Source of the DNA: a virus
Lineage: Duplodnaviria; Caudoviricetes
DNA length: 54,347 bases
Reading direction: 5' to 3' (one strand)
IMG/VR virus record: IMGVR_UViG_3300032342_001249
Span: 1 to 54,347 of that record
Shown here: piece by piece, positions 1 through 9,937 of the stretch
Layout: each line of letters begins with the position of its first letter
How positions within the stretch are numbered: the first letter of the stretch is position 1
Notes under the pieces: generated by a model
What the model was told of the DNA's origin: nothing
Databases searched by the model: none
The model's input: the letters and a program-made list of their open reading frames with translations, nothing else
Program-made: the position numbers and the translations under genes

Positions 1-312
1 ACTATCGCAACAAAAACTTTTGATCTTGCAGTTAATATGGGAGCAAAACGTTCTCACATTCTTCTTCAGACGGCAGTCAACAAGGCCTTTGGTCTTAACT
101 TGACGGTTGATGGTAATCTTGGTAAGGCCTCTTACAATGCCATTAACGCATGCCACGATGGTGATGATGAACAAACACTTCTCACTGCATATTGTCATGA
201 AGTGTGGGCTTTCTATCAACGGTTGATTGCCAACAATTCAAAATTGAAAGTATTTGCTAAGGGTTGGAAGAATCGCGCCTATGATTTGGGACAAGCTAAT
301 CAACTAGGTTGA
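1..312 (+). CDS. GH108-family lysozyme/endolysin C-terminal part with peptidoglycan-binding domain (5' truncated by window)
   Basis: Frame open from base 1; FDLAVNMG..LQ..LTVDGNLG..S and F.KGW.NR motifs typical of GH108/PG_binding_3 proteins. Confidence 0.75.
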   Translation, partial: TIATKTFDLAVNMGAKRSHILLQTAVNKAFGLNLTVDGNLGKASYNAINACHDGDDEQTLLTAYCHEVWAFYQRLIANNSKLKVFAKGWKNRAYDLGQANQLG

Positions 313-361
313 TTTGTTAATCTACTTCTTTGACAATCATTATTTCATAAAAGGAATCCAC

Positions 362-1393
362 ATGTTGAAGATTACACCATTGCATAGTCCAACGCATGAA
401 CAAGTCGTTCAATTTAATGATGATAACACAGGATTACAAGCCATCATTGCTATTCACTCAACAAAAAGAGGACCGGCACTTGGTGGTACACGGTTTTGGT
501 CATACGCTACTGAACAAGATATGCTTAATGATGTGCTTGCTTTAAGTGAAGCAATGACATACAAGAATGCAGCGGCAGAATTGCCATGTGGTGGTGGCAA
601 AGCTGTTATAAATTTGCCTCCCGGGGTAAAGAAAACTTCCGAGTTGTTAAAATCATACGGTGAAGCAGTTAATTATTTCAATGGCACATATATCACTGCG
701 GAAGATGTTGGTTGTCAACCGGGTGACATGACAATTATTTCTTCGGTAACTCCATACTGTCCGAAGAATGAAAAACCATCAGGACCAGCAACGGCACTTG
801 GTGTTTTATCTGCCATGATTGCTGGCATTAAACTTGGTATATATGAACTGCGTGATGCAACTGTCGTTGTTCAAGGTGTTGGAAATGTTGGTTCAATGTT
901 ATGTGAAATGTTGGTTCATGCAGGAGCAGAAGTGATAGTGACGGACACGGATGGCTGGAAGGTTAATGCGTTGATCAAACGGTTCCCTTCTATTAAGGCG
1001 TTACAGTCATCATCTTATTTGCAACCAGAACCACTTGCAGGAAAAATCAAAATATTTGCACCATGTGCATTGGGACCAGCACTTCGTGTTGGTGATGCAG
1101 CATTGATGGCATCACATTACGATATCGTTTGTGGTGCTGCAAACAATGCTGTTGAAAAAGCAGCAAATCAAGAACTAGAAGCCGCTGGTATTACGTATTG
1201 TCCTGATTTTATTGCAAATGCTGGCGGTGTAATTTCCGTTCACCATGATATCATTGGTACAACCCATCCAATGGTTGTGGCTGCTGATATTATTCGTATT
1301 GGTTCAAGAATGTTTGATATTCTTGATGGCATGGTGAATCATATCACCGCTATGGACAGTGCTATTGAATATGCAAAAGAGCGTTTGAAATAA
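362..1393 (+). CDS. Glu/Leu/Phe/Val dehydrogenase (leucine dehydrogenase-like)
   Basis: IAIHST.RGPALGGTR, AMTYKNA, GGGKAVI, YITAEDVG, VQGVGNVG, PCALG, GAANN, PDFIANAGG motifs; AAGGA SD before ATG 362. Confidence 0.92.
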   Translation: MLKITPLHSPTHEQVVQFNDDNTGLQAIIAIHSTKRGPALGGTRFWSYATEQDMLNDVLALSEAMTYKNAAAELPCGGGKAVINLPPGVKKTSELLKSYGEAVNYFNGTYITAEDVGCQPGDMTIISSVTPYCPKNEKPSGPATALGVLSAMIAGIKLGIYELRDATVVVQGVGNVGSMLCEMLVHAGAEVIVTDTDGWKVNALIKRFPSIKALQSSSYLQPEPLAGKIKIFAPCALGPALRVGDAALMASHYDIVCGAANNAVEKAANQELEAAGITYCPDFIANAGGVISVHHDIIGTTHPMVVAADIIRIGSRMFDILDGMVNHITAMDSAIEYAKERLK

Positions 1394-1457
1394 AAGTTTT
1401 GCACTTTGTATCTCACTGCTCAATACATCGAACCCCGTCGATTGAAAAATATGTGAT

Positions 1458-1955
1458 TTGAAATTTAGGAGTTGTATTGTGCTGGACTATCGGATGGTCA
1501 TCAATAAGATTTATTTGTCACTAAGATGTCTCCTTGTGGCAGCATTGCTTATCACCACCGACTGTCACGCCACCGATCTTGATATTGAAGGCCGTGAAAT
1601 GTTTAAAATCCTACACGATGAACAAGGCTGGCCATTACCAAAAGAGTATCCTCAGTACACACTTGGTATAACAGATGATGCTCCTCTTGTTTGTAAGAAA
1701 TCAGGCCGGGCCTGTTATTCAAATGGACGAATATGGATCTCTCGTGAACTTCTTGATAATGATATGATGCGTAAATCCGTAATTTTACACGAAAATGTTC
1801 ATCATTTACAGCAAGAAAAAAGTGGACCAGCTGTAACATGTATTCAAAATTGGAAGAGAGAAATAGACGCCTATCATGCACAACAGACGTATCTTTCTGA
1901 TCATTATAGAATATTTCTTGGACTCACTGTATCTATATTTTGTGTCCCCGAATAA
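1458..1955 (+). CDS. Putative exported zincin-like metallopeptidase (start uncertain)
   Basis: Hydrophobic N-terminal segment, HENVHH (HExxH) and downstream EIDAY. Confidence 0.5.
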   Translation: MKFRSCIVLDYRMVINKIYLSLRCLLVAALLITTDCHATDLDIEGREMFKILHDEQGWPLPKEYPQYTLGITDDAPLVCKKSGRACYSNGRIWISRELLDNDMMRKSVILHENVHHLQQEKSGPAVTCIQNWKREIDAYHAQQTYLSDHYRIFLGLTVSIFCVPE

Positions 1956-2646
1956 TAGAAACTAAGCGCACCGTCCATCCTTTGTATTCAGTTCTTCGTC
2001 CTTTACTGACATCGATAATTGCATCGGGACGAAGAGCGTGTTCTCTACAAAACTTAACCATACCACCAGTTATTAGATGAATTAATCCGTTGGGGTCAAT
2101 AAACTCAAAAGTTTTTGCGTTGGGATTGTTGGGGCCTTTACCTGATCGTGTTAATCGAATTCGTTTCATATCATTAGAGTGTTGTTGTCGAAGGTGTGTC
2201 GCTTTTTCTATTCCATGAACTTCTTCATAAGTTTTGTTTGCTAGTCGTTCTTTTGTTAATTGTCCAATTTTTTCTTTAACTTCTTTGGTGTGTGTTCTTC
2301 CGTACATACCATTATCTTTGCCTCGAAGAATGGGGCCACTATTACCACCAAGTGTGGTGTTATAGCCATTATAAAAAGTGTCATACGTGTCGATTAGTTC
2401 TATTTCAGCTCGGAATGCTTCTTTGGAACTGTCACAGACGTATAATAGTGTTTTTGTCCATACAGACTTCTCAAACTTGGCTTTGCGAATAGCACGATGA
2501 AACTTACTTTTGATATGAAGCGTACATCGCGCCTCGACGACGTGTTTGTTGAACCGCCAATCAATAGTTTTGCTAGTTGTGCCAATATAGGACTTTCCTG
2601 TATGCTTGTGGCTAAACATATAAATAGAGTGTGTGTATTTGTTCAT
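1933..2646 (-). CDS. GIY-YIG homing endonuclease with NUMOD3-like repeat
   Basis: SIY..KSYIG motif, E.ELI..YDT..NGYN.T.GG, NGMYGRTHT.E.K.KI. Confidence 0.85.
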   Translation of the reverse strand: MNKYTHSIYMFSHKHTGKSYIGTTSKTIDWRFNKHVVEARCTLHIKSKFHRAIRKAKFEKSVWTKTLLYVCDSSKEAFRAEIELIDTYDTFYNGYNTTLGGNSGPILRGKDNGMYGRTHTKEVKEKIGQLTKERLANKTYEEVHGIEKATHLRQQHSNDMKRIRLTRSGKGPNNPNAKTFEFIDPNGLIHLITGGMVKFCREHALRPDAIIDVSKGRRTEYKGWTVRLVSIIRGHKI

Positions 2647-2671
2647 ACTTCTTCCAAGGAAACATGTATAT

Positions 2672-3475
2672 ATGATTATAAGACCGATCAGTGATCTCCA
2701 CTTGGAGTTTGCTCCAATTCTTCGAATGATTGAACTTGAAACAGACAAGGACACTGTTCTTGTACTGGCGGGAGACGTATGTGCAGTCCCTCATTATGAT
2801 AGAATTGGAAGACGATTCTTCAAAATGATGTCCGAACAATTCAAACACATCATCTATGTATTTGGCAACCACGAATTCTATAATGGCGGATCGTTCCTCT
2901 ACAGTCGTGAGTGGCTCAAAGAACATTTTGCAAAAGATGGTATCACTAACATTCACCTTTTAGAAGATGAAACAAAAGTGATTGATGATGTAGCATTTGT
3001 TGGAGCTACGTTGTGGACGGATTTTAATAAAGGCAATCCAGTAGTGATGGAATTGTCAAGACACTACATGGCTGATTATTCACAAACGTTTTGGGATCAT
3101 CCGGACCGTCGAACGAACAATGATTGGCGCAGGTTATGCCCACAAGATACGTATGATGTTCATAAAGCTTCAAAACAATATGTTTTTCAATCTGCTAAAG
3201 AGCAGAAAGATTTTGGTCGTAAGGTTGTCGTTGTGGTCCATCATGGGATTAGTGAAGAATCAGTCCATCGGCGCTTCAAAGGCAATCACATGAATCCGGC
3301 GTTTATTTCAGATTTGGTTCCTGAAATACTTGAAGTTCAGCCAAACATAGTCGTTCATGGACATGTGCACAATTGTTTTGATTACATGATTGGAGAAACA
3401 CGTGTTATTGTCAATCCTCGTGCTTATCCAAATGAGCACTTTGAGTGGGATGAAGCTTTGACAATTGAATTGTAG
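2672..3475 (+). CDS. Calcineurin-like metallophosphoesterase
   Basis: SDLHLE, LAGD, GNHEFY, VVHH, HGHVH motifs. Confidence 0.9.
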   Translation: MIIRPISDLHLEFAPILRMIELETDKDTVLVLAGDVCAVPHYDRIGRRFFKMMSEQFKHIIYVFGNHEFYNGGSFLYSREWLKEHFAKDGITNIHLLEDETKVIDDVAFVGATLWTDFNKGNPVVMELSRHYMADYSQTFWDHPDRRTNNDWRRLCPQDTYDVHKASKQYVFQSAKEQKDFGRKVVVVVHHGISEESVHRRFKGNHMNPAFISDLVPEILEVQPNIVVHGHVHNCFDYMIGETRVIVNPRAYPNEHFEWDEALTIEL

Positions 3476-3541
3476 GAAGGGTTGGGAAACTAGCCCTTTC
3501 TTGTTTCTCCGTATAAATAGAATGACTTAGGAGAATTCACA

Positions 3542-3796
3542 ATGAATCTTAATTACATTCGCAAAGTTGCCGGTCTTCCACTTGTGGAAGCTAGTGATGC
3601 ATCACCAGCACACGAACAGAAAGAACATGCACTTTTCAAAAAGTGTTGCGAGGATCTCGCAAAGGTTCAATCAATGTGCGAAGCACGTTTGAAAGAAAAA
3701 TTGACAGATGAGCATAAAAAGCAATATACAGATCTTTGCAATTGCGCAAAGGGATGTTGCGAAGATATGCGTAAACATCTAACAAGCTACAAGTAA
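3542..3796 (+). CDS. Hypothetical protein, Cys-rich, late promoter upstream
   Basis: TATAAATA at ~3512, GGAG SD, 84-aa ORF. Confidence 0.6.
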   Translation: MNLNYIRKVAGLPLVEASDASPAHEQKEHALFKKCCEDLAKVQSMCEARLKEKLTDEHKKQYTDLCNCAKGCCEDMRKHLTSYK

Positions 3797-3860
3797 TTGC
3801 CAATAAATCTAACCTGTTGACCTTATAAGTTAAACAGGTTAGGATGATTATAAGCTTTTA

Positions 3861-3906
3861 CGGATTGGAATAGACCGATCTGTTTTAATATCGAGGAGTT
3901 CGATAT
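3861..3906 (+). promoter_or_regulatory. ATAGA-loop hairpin plus SD-containing hairpin upstream of NadM-Nudix
   Basis: cggattgg-aataga-ccgatctg then atatcga-ggagt-tcgatat(g); same architecture at 38782-38827. Confidence 0.55.
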
Positions 3907-4927
3907 GTCAAAAATCTACGATTACGTTATTTTCATTGGACGGTTCCAACCATTCCATGCTGGCCACAAACTAGTGGTTGATACTGCTTTATCAATCGCT
4001 GATAAGGTTATTATTTGCATGGGAAGTTCTTTTTCTCCTCGTACACCTAAGAATCCCTTTACCGTTACCGAACGTGAAAGCATGTTATACGACACGTTTC
4101 CGGATCAAGTTGCAAATATTAGGGTTGCTTTCATTCGTGATCAGTTGTATAACGATCAAATGTGGGCGGCTAGTATTCAAGAAGAAGTTGATCGAATTGT
4201 TCATAGTAATGGATGGACAGACAAACCTCCCCGTGTTGCAATTATTGGTCATTCAAAAGATGACAGCAGCTATTATCTGAAAATGTTCCCACAGTGGACT
4301 CTCATTGAACACGAGATGGATGACATGGTTAATGCGACAGACATTCGTGAGTTGTATTTTGAAGGTAAGAATTTGAAGTTTTTGCAAACTATTCTGTCAG
4401 CGCCAGTGTTCCGTCGTTTGGAAGTGTTCAAAATGACGCAGGAGTATAAAACACTGGTAAAGGAACATACCATCATCAAACAGTACAAGAAACGTTGGGA
4501 AGTTGCTCCATTCCCGCCGACGTTTGTTACAGTTGATGCTGTGGTTGTTCAATCCGGGCATGTCTTAATGGTCACTCGAGATGCTGCACCAGGGGAAGGT
4601 CTGAAAGCGTTGCCTGGTGGATTCCTTGAACAAGATGAAACTTTGATCGATGGTGTTATTCGTGAACTTCGTGAAGAAACCGGTGTAAAAGTACCTGGAC
4701 CAGTGTTGAAAGGTTCTATTAAAGCATCACATGTGTTTGATGCTCCAAAGCGTTCTTTGCGTGGTCGCACAATTACTCATGCGTTCTTGATTGAACTTCC
4801 ACCTGGTACACTACCACCTGTTAAAGGTGGTGATGACGCCCGCGATGCTTTTTGGGTTCCTGTCAGTGAAATTCATAGTGATGAATGTTTTGATGATCAT
4901 TATGATATCATTCATTATTTTCTATAG
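3905..4927 (+). CDS. nadM: Bifunctional NMN adenylyltransferase / Nudix ADP-ribose pyrophosphatase (NadM-Nudix)
   Basis: FIGRFQPFHAGH, KNPF, NATDIR; Nudix box GGF....E......RELREETG. Confidence 0.93.
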   Translation: MSKIYDYVIFIGRFQPFHAGHKLVVDTALSIADKVIICMGSSFSPRTPKNPFTVTERESMLYDTFPDQVANIRVAFIRDQLYNDQMWAASIQEEVDRIVHSNGWTDKPPRVAIIGHSKDDSSYYLKMFPQWTLIEHEMDDMVNATDIRELYFEGKNLKFLQTILSAPVFRRLEVFKMTQEYKTLVKEHTIIKQYKKRWEVAPFPPTFVTVDAVVVQSGHVLMVTRDAAPGEGLKALPGGFLEQDETLIDGVIRELREETGVKVPGPVLKGSIKASHVFDAPKRSLRGRTITHAFLIELPPGTLPPVKGGDDARDAFWVPVSEIHSDECFDDHYDIIHYFL

Positions 4928-4978
4928 TTGTATTCTCTAGAACGGTGAGGTAATATCACCGTTCTAGGAGATTTAGTA

Positions 4979-5521
4979 ATGCAAGAAAATAAAAAACTAA
5001 CAGTTATAAATTTCTTTGGTGGTCCTTTCGTTGGCAAATCAACTATTGCTCCTTTACTCTTCGGCAAGATGAAGAAGAAAGGTTACAAAGTTGAATTTGT
5101 TCATGAATTCGCAAAAGATTGTGTGTGGGAAAGCATGTCACACATCTTTACCGAACAAGACTATATCTTTGCCCAGCAACATCGGATGATTCGTCGTCTC
5201 GTTCGTCATGATATTGATTACGCAATCGTTGATAGCTCAATTCTTCTGGGACTCTTGTATATGCCTGATTGGTTTCCTAAAACATTTGAACCATTCTTAC
5301 TTGAAGTGTTTCATTCGTACACCAACATTAATATCTTCCTAGAACGCAATCTAGCAATTCCTTATATCGAAGCCGGTCGCAATCAAACAGAAGAACAGGC
5401 AAAACAGAAAGATGTTGAATTGAAGGAATTGTTACATAAGCATTCAATTCCATATGAAAGTTTTATTGTTGATGATACGGTTGAAGATCGTATTTTAGCT
5501 CAACTTCCAAATCTATGTTGA
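4979..5521 (+). CDS. P-loop NadR/AAA_28-like kinase
   Basis: INFFGGPFVGKST Walker A, EFAKD, VDS, GRNQ. Confidence 0.7.
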   Translation: MQENKKLTVINFFGGPFVGKSTIAPLLFGKMKKKGYKVEFVHEFAKDCVWESMSHIFTEQDYIFAQQHRMIRRLVRHDIDYAIVDSSILLGLLYMPDWFPKTFEPFLLEVFHSYTNINIFLERNLAIPYIEAGRNQTEEQAKQKDVELKELLHKHSIPYESFIVDDTVEDRILAQLPNLC

Positions 5522-5556
5522 CTTTACCCTCAATCATAAATAAGATGTACTTCTAT

Positions 5557-5629
5557 TGCGGGATAGAGCAGTGGCAGCTCGTCAGGCTCATAACCTGAAG
5601 GCCGGGGTGTTCGATTCCCTCTCCCGCTA
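5557..5629 (+). tRNA. tRNA-Met(CAT), initiator-like, bulged T-stem, no encoded CCA
   Basis: Cloverleaf, TCAGG-CTCATAA-CCTGA, 1:72 mismatch; sigma70-like TTGACT-17-TAAGAT just upstream. Confidence 0.85.
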
Positions 5630-5694
5630 ATGCGAGGAGTTAATCACTTCTCATGGTTTTGTTCGAGTTTTAATATCGAACCATAAATAGTGAT

Positions 5695-6375
5695 ATGGAT
5701 GAATATCATTATGTGGTGTACAAAACTATAAACAATGTGAATGGTAGAACGTATGTTGGAGTTCATAAAACCAAAAACATTGATGATGCATATCTGGGGT
5801 CGGGTACGCTTATCAGGCGTGCTGTGAAGAAATATGGCCGAGAGAACTTTTCGAAGGTGATATTGGCCGTCTTCGATAATCCTGATGATATGTTTTTTAT
5901 GGAGGAACTGCTCGTTAACGAAACAACCCTTCAAGAAAACAAATCATACAATCTTGTTCGAGGTGGACGAAATTCCATTAGCTTTGTTAATGATAACCTG
6001 GAACAATTTCGTCCTGCGGAAAAAAGGAAACAATGGGCGGCAAAGGGTCGCCAGGCAATAAACGAGTTATATACCATTGAAGAGCGCCATGTCTGGAGCA
6101 TTCGAGGAACAAATCGTGCGAAAGAGCTTCAAGTTGGCTTGTATAATTCTGCTAACAGAGCTTTGGGTGGGTTTGCAGGGAAACAACATACGGAGGAAAG
6201 TAAGCGAAGTATTGGCGAAAAGAACTCGCAACTCCAGAAAGGAAAACGCAATTCTCAATTTGGTAAAATTTGGATTTACAGCGACAAACAGAGAAAATGC
6301 TTGTCAGTTCTTAAAGATGCTGCTAATGTCTATCTTGAACAGGGATGGAAAAGGGGTCGTAAGAAATACATGTAG
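5695..6375 (+). CDS. GIY-YIG homing endonuclease (Seg-like)
   Basis: VVYKT.N.VNGRTYVGVH, YLGSG, YNL..GG, GKQHTEESK. Confidence 0.88.
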   Translation: MDEYHYVVYKTINNVNGRTYVGVHKTKNIDDAYLGSGTLIRRAVKKYGRENFSKVILAVFDNPDDMFFMEELLVNETTLQENKSYNLVRGGRNSISFVNDNLEQFRPAEKRKQWAAKGRQAINELYTIEERHVWSIRGTNRAKELQVGLYNSANRALGGFAGKQHTEESKRSIGEKNSQLQKGKRNSQFGKIWIYSDKQRKCLSVLKDAANVYLEQGWKRGRKKYM

Positions 6376-6392
6376 AGGAGGAAAGCTCCTAC

Positions 6393-6701
6393 TGGGTCAA
6401 GCTGGTAATCTACGCCAATCAGTTGCATGGGTGAGTGATACTTCATCTACTGTAGCCTATATGGAGTCTTCAAACAAGTTCGCTTGAATGATAACTGTAT
6501 AGCGTTGTTGATAACGTATATCAATCCCTTCGTAAGGGTTAGAAACGGTCCAACTATTGGGTAGTATAGTCCTGGCTGATGGTAACAAGCCGCTACGGTT
6601 CGAGGAATGCTGGATTGAAAGATACCAGTATACTGAGAGTCTACAAGAGTGTGGCACTGACCAACTTTATCTCTGATTGGCCCTTTGGGTGGCTTGACCC
6701 A
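6393..6701 (+). ncRNA. Unassigned ~310-nt structured RNA candidate
   Basis: Terminal helices tgggtcaagc/gcttgaccca and gccaatcag/ctgattggc enclosing several hairpins; no credible ORF. Confidence 0.55.
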
Positions 6702-6723
6702 AATAGACTATAAGAAAGAGCAA

Positions 6724-6948
6724 ATGCCAAAGATTGATCTTAATCCAGAAAGACAGTCCATTAAGGACATCGAAGTCGCCCTTCGTAAATTGAAGAAGAA
6801 GGTTGAAGCCGGTGGTGTCCTCAAAAAGCTCCACGAACTTGAGGCATACGAGCGCCCAGGCATCAAACGCAATCGCAAGCGTTCAGCGGCGATTATGCGT
6901 TGGAAGAGGGAGCAAGACAAAACAAAACTTCCGCCAAAATTATACTAA
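6724..6948 (+). CDS. rpsU: Ribosomal protein bS21
   Basis: IEVALRKLKKKVE..GVL.....EAYERPGIKR.RKR.AA..R matches the S21 pattern. Confidence 0.85.
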   Translation: MPKIDLNPERQSIKDIEVALRKLKKKVEAGGVLKKLHELEAYERPGIKRNRKRSAAIMRWKREQDKTKLPPKLY

Positions 6949-7014
6949 GTACAAATTCTTCATGAGCAATTCATTCAAGAAACTAGTAAAGCTATTCCAA
7001 CAGGATACGGAAAA

Positions 7015-7251
7015 ATGAAAGCACTAAAACTTCCGGTAGTCATTCAGAAACTAATAGATCGCGCCTTTATGAAAAAATGGCTCCATTCCACCTATTCGTC
7101 TCATTATGATTCTAAGCCTGGTGATTTGATTGAATCCTTAACAGTACGAGAACGTGAATTGCTTATGAAAGCAACACAAGAAGATTTTCAAGACACCGAT
7201 CATCGAATTGAACAAGATTTGCAAGCCGCCAATAAACGTAAAACAGTTTAA
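7015..7251 (+). CDS. Hypothetical protein
   Basis: 78-aa ORF in gene run. Confidence 0.5.
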   Translation: MKALKLPVVIQKLIDRAFMKKWLHSTYSSHYDSKPGDLIESLTVRERELLMKATQEDFQDTDHRIEQDLQAANKRKTV

Positions 7252-7383
7252 GGAACTTCACGTTTATAACACATATATAGAACTACACACGACTTAGAAG
7301 GCTGGGTAGTAGTACCGAACCTTCACTTAACTCACTTTAATAAATTAGGATCTTAGTGAGTGGTCCGTATAAGAGGGGTCGCA

Positions 7384-8313
7384 ATGATGTATGGAAATAA
7401 GCTAGCCGTAGCTATCAAATCCAACGGTAAAGTCCTTCGTGAATTTAAGGACATCGTTTATCTGCCATTCAGCGCAGAATACTCAATTTTTATTAAGAAT
7501 CTCGAAACAGTTCGTGCTTCAATCAAAATTTTGATTGACGGCAATGATATTGGTGAAGGAACGACGTTTGTCATTCCTGCGAGTTCGTCTATTGAAATTG
7601 AGCGATTTGTTAAGAATGGAAACTTTAACAAAGGTAATCGCTTCAAGTTTATTGAGCGCAACGCCTCCGTTGAAAATCATCGAGGTATTGGTGGTGAAGA
7701 TGGATTAGTTGTTGTTGAATATCAATTTGAACAACGTGCACCAAAAACTGAATATGTTTATAAAGAGGTTGTTGAAATTGAACGACGTTGGCCACGACGC
7801 TTGGGTTGGAATGAACTGCATACTCCTCCACCAATTTGGTACGGCGCCGGGGCGATATCGAGTTCGAATCTAATCCAAGCTAATTCCGGAACTAGTAATT
7901 TGAGGGGAGCAACTCTTAATTCTAGTGGTGGTCAAGGAGTAGAATCCGCTACATCGCTCATCGGCTCTAGTGGTGATCACGGTGAGCAAGTATTGCTAAA
8001 TTCAGCAAATACATTCTCACAAACAGTGTATGATTCATGTCCAGCATCCTCTGGAAATTTTTCTGCAAACGATGCTGGTATTACTGCTGCAGGTTCTGTG
8101 TCAGAACAGAAATTTCAAACAGCAGCATGGTTTCCAACACAAGCTGAAAAGTACAGTTTGGTATTAAAGTTGTTGGGACAGACGGAAACAGGTAAACAGG
8201 TTGTACAAGCAGTTACAGTAAAAAAGAAACAGAAGTGTTCCACATGTGATCACATGAATAAGGCCAATGCCAAGTTCTGCACAGAATGTGGTACCTCGTT
8301 GGAAATAGTGTAA
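7384..8313 (+). CDS. Hypothetical protein with C-terminal zinc ribbon
   Basis: CxxC..N...AKFCxxCG at C-terminus; hairpin terminator follows at ~8318-8345. Confidence 0.75.
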   Translation: MMYGNKLAVAIKSNGKVLREFKDIVYLPFSAEYSIFIKNLETVRASIKILIDGNDIGEGTTFVIPASSSIEIERFVKNGNFNKGNRFKFIERNASVENHRGIGGEDGLVVVEYQFEQRAPKTEYVYKEVVEIERRWPRRLGWNELHTPPPIWYGAGAISSSNLIQANSGTSNLRGATLNSSGGQGVESATSLIGSSGDHGEQVLLNSANTFSQTVYDSCPASSGNFSANDAGITAAGSVSEQKFQTAAWFPTQAEKYSLVLKLLGQTETGKQVVQAVTVKKKQKCSTCDHMNKANAKFCTECGTSLEIV

Positions 8314-8380
8314 TAATCGGGGGCCATGTGCCCCCGAGTTTTCCCTGCCAAACATAAATATCCTCAACTGGAGGATTCAC

Positions 8381-8752
8381 ATGGCTGTATCCGATTTTTT
8401 ATCTGCTAATAAATTACTTACAAAAGTTGCTGCCGGAGTAGCGGCGATTGTTACCATTGCAACCGCTGCTGCAGCAGTAGATGGTCGGTATGTGAAAACA
8501 GCTAACTTTGAACAATACCAACAACGTCAAGAACAACTTAGTCAAAAAATTGTTGTTCGTCAGGACATGACCTCATTTCAAATGAGAGTTCAACAATTGG
8601 AAGATAAGTTGTTTGAGCTTCGTCAGGTGGAACATCCATCAGCAGCTCAAAGAGCTATGGTTCTTCGATATCAAGATCAACTTCGAGCTGCTCAGACTGC
8701 ATTACGAGATGCAGAACAGGCTCTCAGAATTCTGGAAGTCCCGAGTCGTTAA
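8381..8752 (+). CDS. Membrane-anchored coiled-coil protein
   Basis: N-terminal hydrophobic helix, Q/E-rich coiled coil, GGAGG SD, CATAAATA upstream. Confidence 0.6.
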   Translation: MAVSDFLSANKLLTKVAAGVAAIVTIATAAAAVDGRYVKTANFEQYQQRQEQLSQKIVVRQDMTSFQMRVQQLEDKLFELRQVEHPSAAQRAMVLRYQDQLRAAQTALRDAEQALRILEVPSR

Positions 8753-9423
8753 TTTGTCATCGTTTTTTCTGGACCAAGTGAGCTTAGTCCGTTTACTGTA
8801 GGCTGACCTGTTGGCAGTTTAATAAATGATCGAACTTTAAGAACTGACACGCCAATAGCAATGTAATGATGCATATCAGAAATATTGAAATTTGGTGGAC
8901 CTTGTGGGATACCAATAATTGAATCAACGATTGCAACGAGTTTGCTATCTTTCTTCGTAAACATTCCACCGCCGGAATTACCAAACGTAATATCCACCGT
9001 TGTTACCATTTGTTCATTCTTATTGAGACCTTGAAAGCGACCCTCTGTTGCAAGTTGAACTTCCACAAGTTGATACAGAGGATAACCAACACCAACTAAT
9101 TCTTCATCGATGCTTGGAATACCATCCGCCAAAGGTGCACAAGGACAGTGTATATCTGGTGCATATAATAATGCCAAATCGCCAAAAGGATCTATCTTGA
9201 CAACACGTGCCCTGGCATAATTATCAATGACAATTGACCCTTTTGGAATAGCTAAAACCACATGAGCAGAAGTAATCAAATAACCATCAGCAATTGACAC
9301 ACCAGAACCACTAGCTGTTTGAATTTGAATTTGATGAACATACGAACGTTCTTTTGAAAAGTCTTGAGCTGATACACCCACTGTACTGATCAGTAAGCAA
9401 AGTGTTAATAGTAGTCTCTTCAT
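8749..9423 (-). CDS. Secreted trypsin-like (S1) serine protease
   Basis: Signal peptide; TSAHVV, DLALL, GNSGG catalytic triad motifs. Confidence 0.88.
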   Translation of the reverse strand: MKRLLLTLCLLISTVGVSAQDFSKERSYVHQIQIQTASGSGVSIADGYLITSAHVVLAIPKGSIVIDNYARARVVKIDPFGDLALLYAPDIHCPCAPLADGIPSIDEELVGVGYPLYQLVEVQLATEGRFQGLNKNEQMVTTVDITFGNSGGGMFTKKDSKLVAIVDSIIGIPQGPPNFNISDMHHYIAIGVSVLKVRSFIKLPTGQPTVNGLSSLGPEKTMTN

Positions 9424-9547
9424 TTCATTCTCCTGGCTTCATAACCCTATTTATAGATTAGTTGAAAGGGGACGGCGTCTCGAAATAAAGTGTAAAAAAT
9501 CAAAAATACCGTCCGAGTTCTATAAACGAACTTCGACTGCTGATGGC

Positions 9548-9937
9548 TTGCAACGTCAGTGTATTGTATGCATGAAACAAAATGACGCAATGTACTATCA
9601 AGCGAACAAGAAAAAGTTGATTAAGCGTTACGTGCGACAACAAAAGAGTCGTGCTCAAAAATTTTACAATTTGTTTAAGCAGTATGCTTACTGTACGGTC
9701 TGTCAAGAACAAGATGTGTGTTGTTTGGACCTACATCATATTGACCCTAAACAAAAAGACTTTACAATTTCATCTGTTTTAAGAACCTATACATGGGAGC
9801 GAATTGTTGACGAAATGGAGAAATGTACCGTATTATGTCGTAATTGCCATTCAAAGGTTCATAAGTATGGTGAGGCGTTTGTCGCTCAAAAGACCCTAAA
9901 TCAAAATCTAGCAACAAAGTTTTTGAAGCTCGTATAG
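9548..9937 (+). CDS. HNH endonuclease (start uncertain); stop codon lies inside the downstream tRNA
   Basis: CxxC..CLDLHH.....KDFTI..KC.VLCRNCH.K.H. Confidence 0.8.
   Translation: MQRQCIVCMKQNDAMYYQANKKKLIKRYVRQQKSRAQKFYNLFKQYAYCTVCQEQDVCCLDLHHIDPKQKDFTISSVLRTYTWERIVDEMEKCTVLCRNCHSKVHKYGEAFVAQKTLNQNLATKFLKLV

Noticed and set aside
6393-6701. tmRNA or canonical group I intron
   Set aside because: No tRNA-Ala-like ends or tag ORF; intron-like words are in the wrong order and no interrupted host gene is evident
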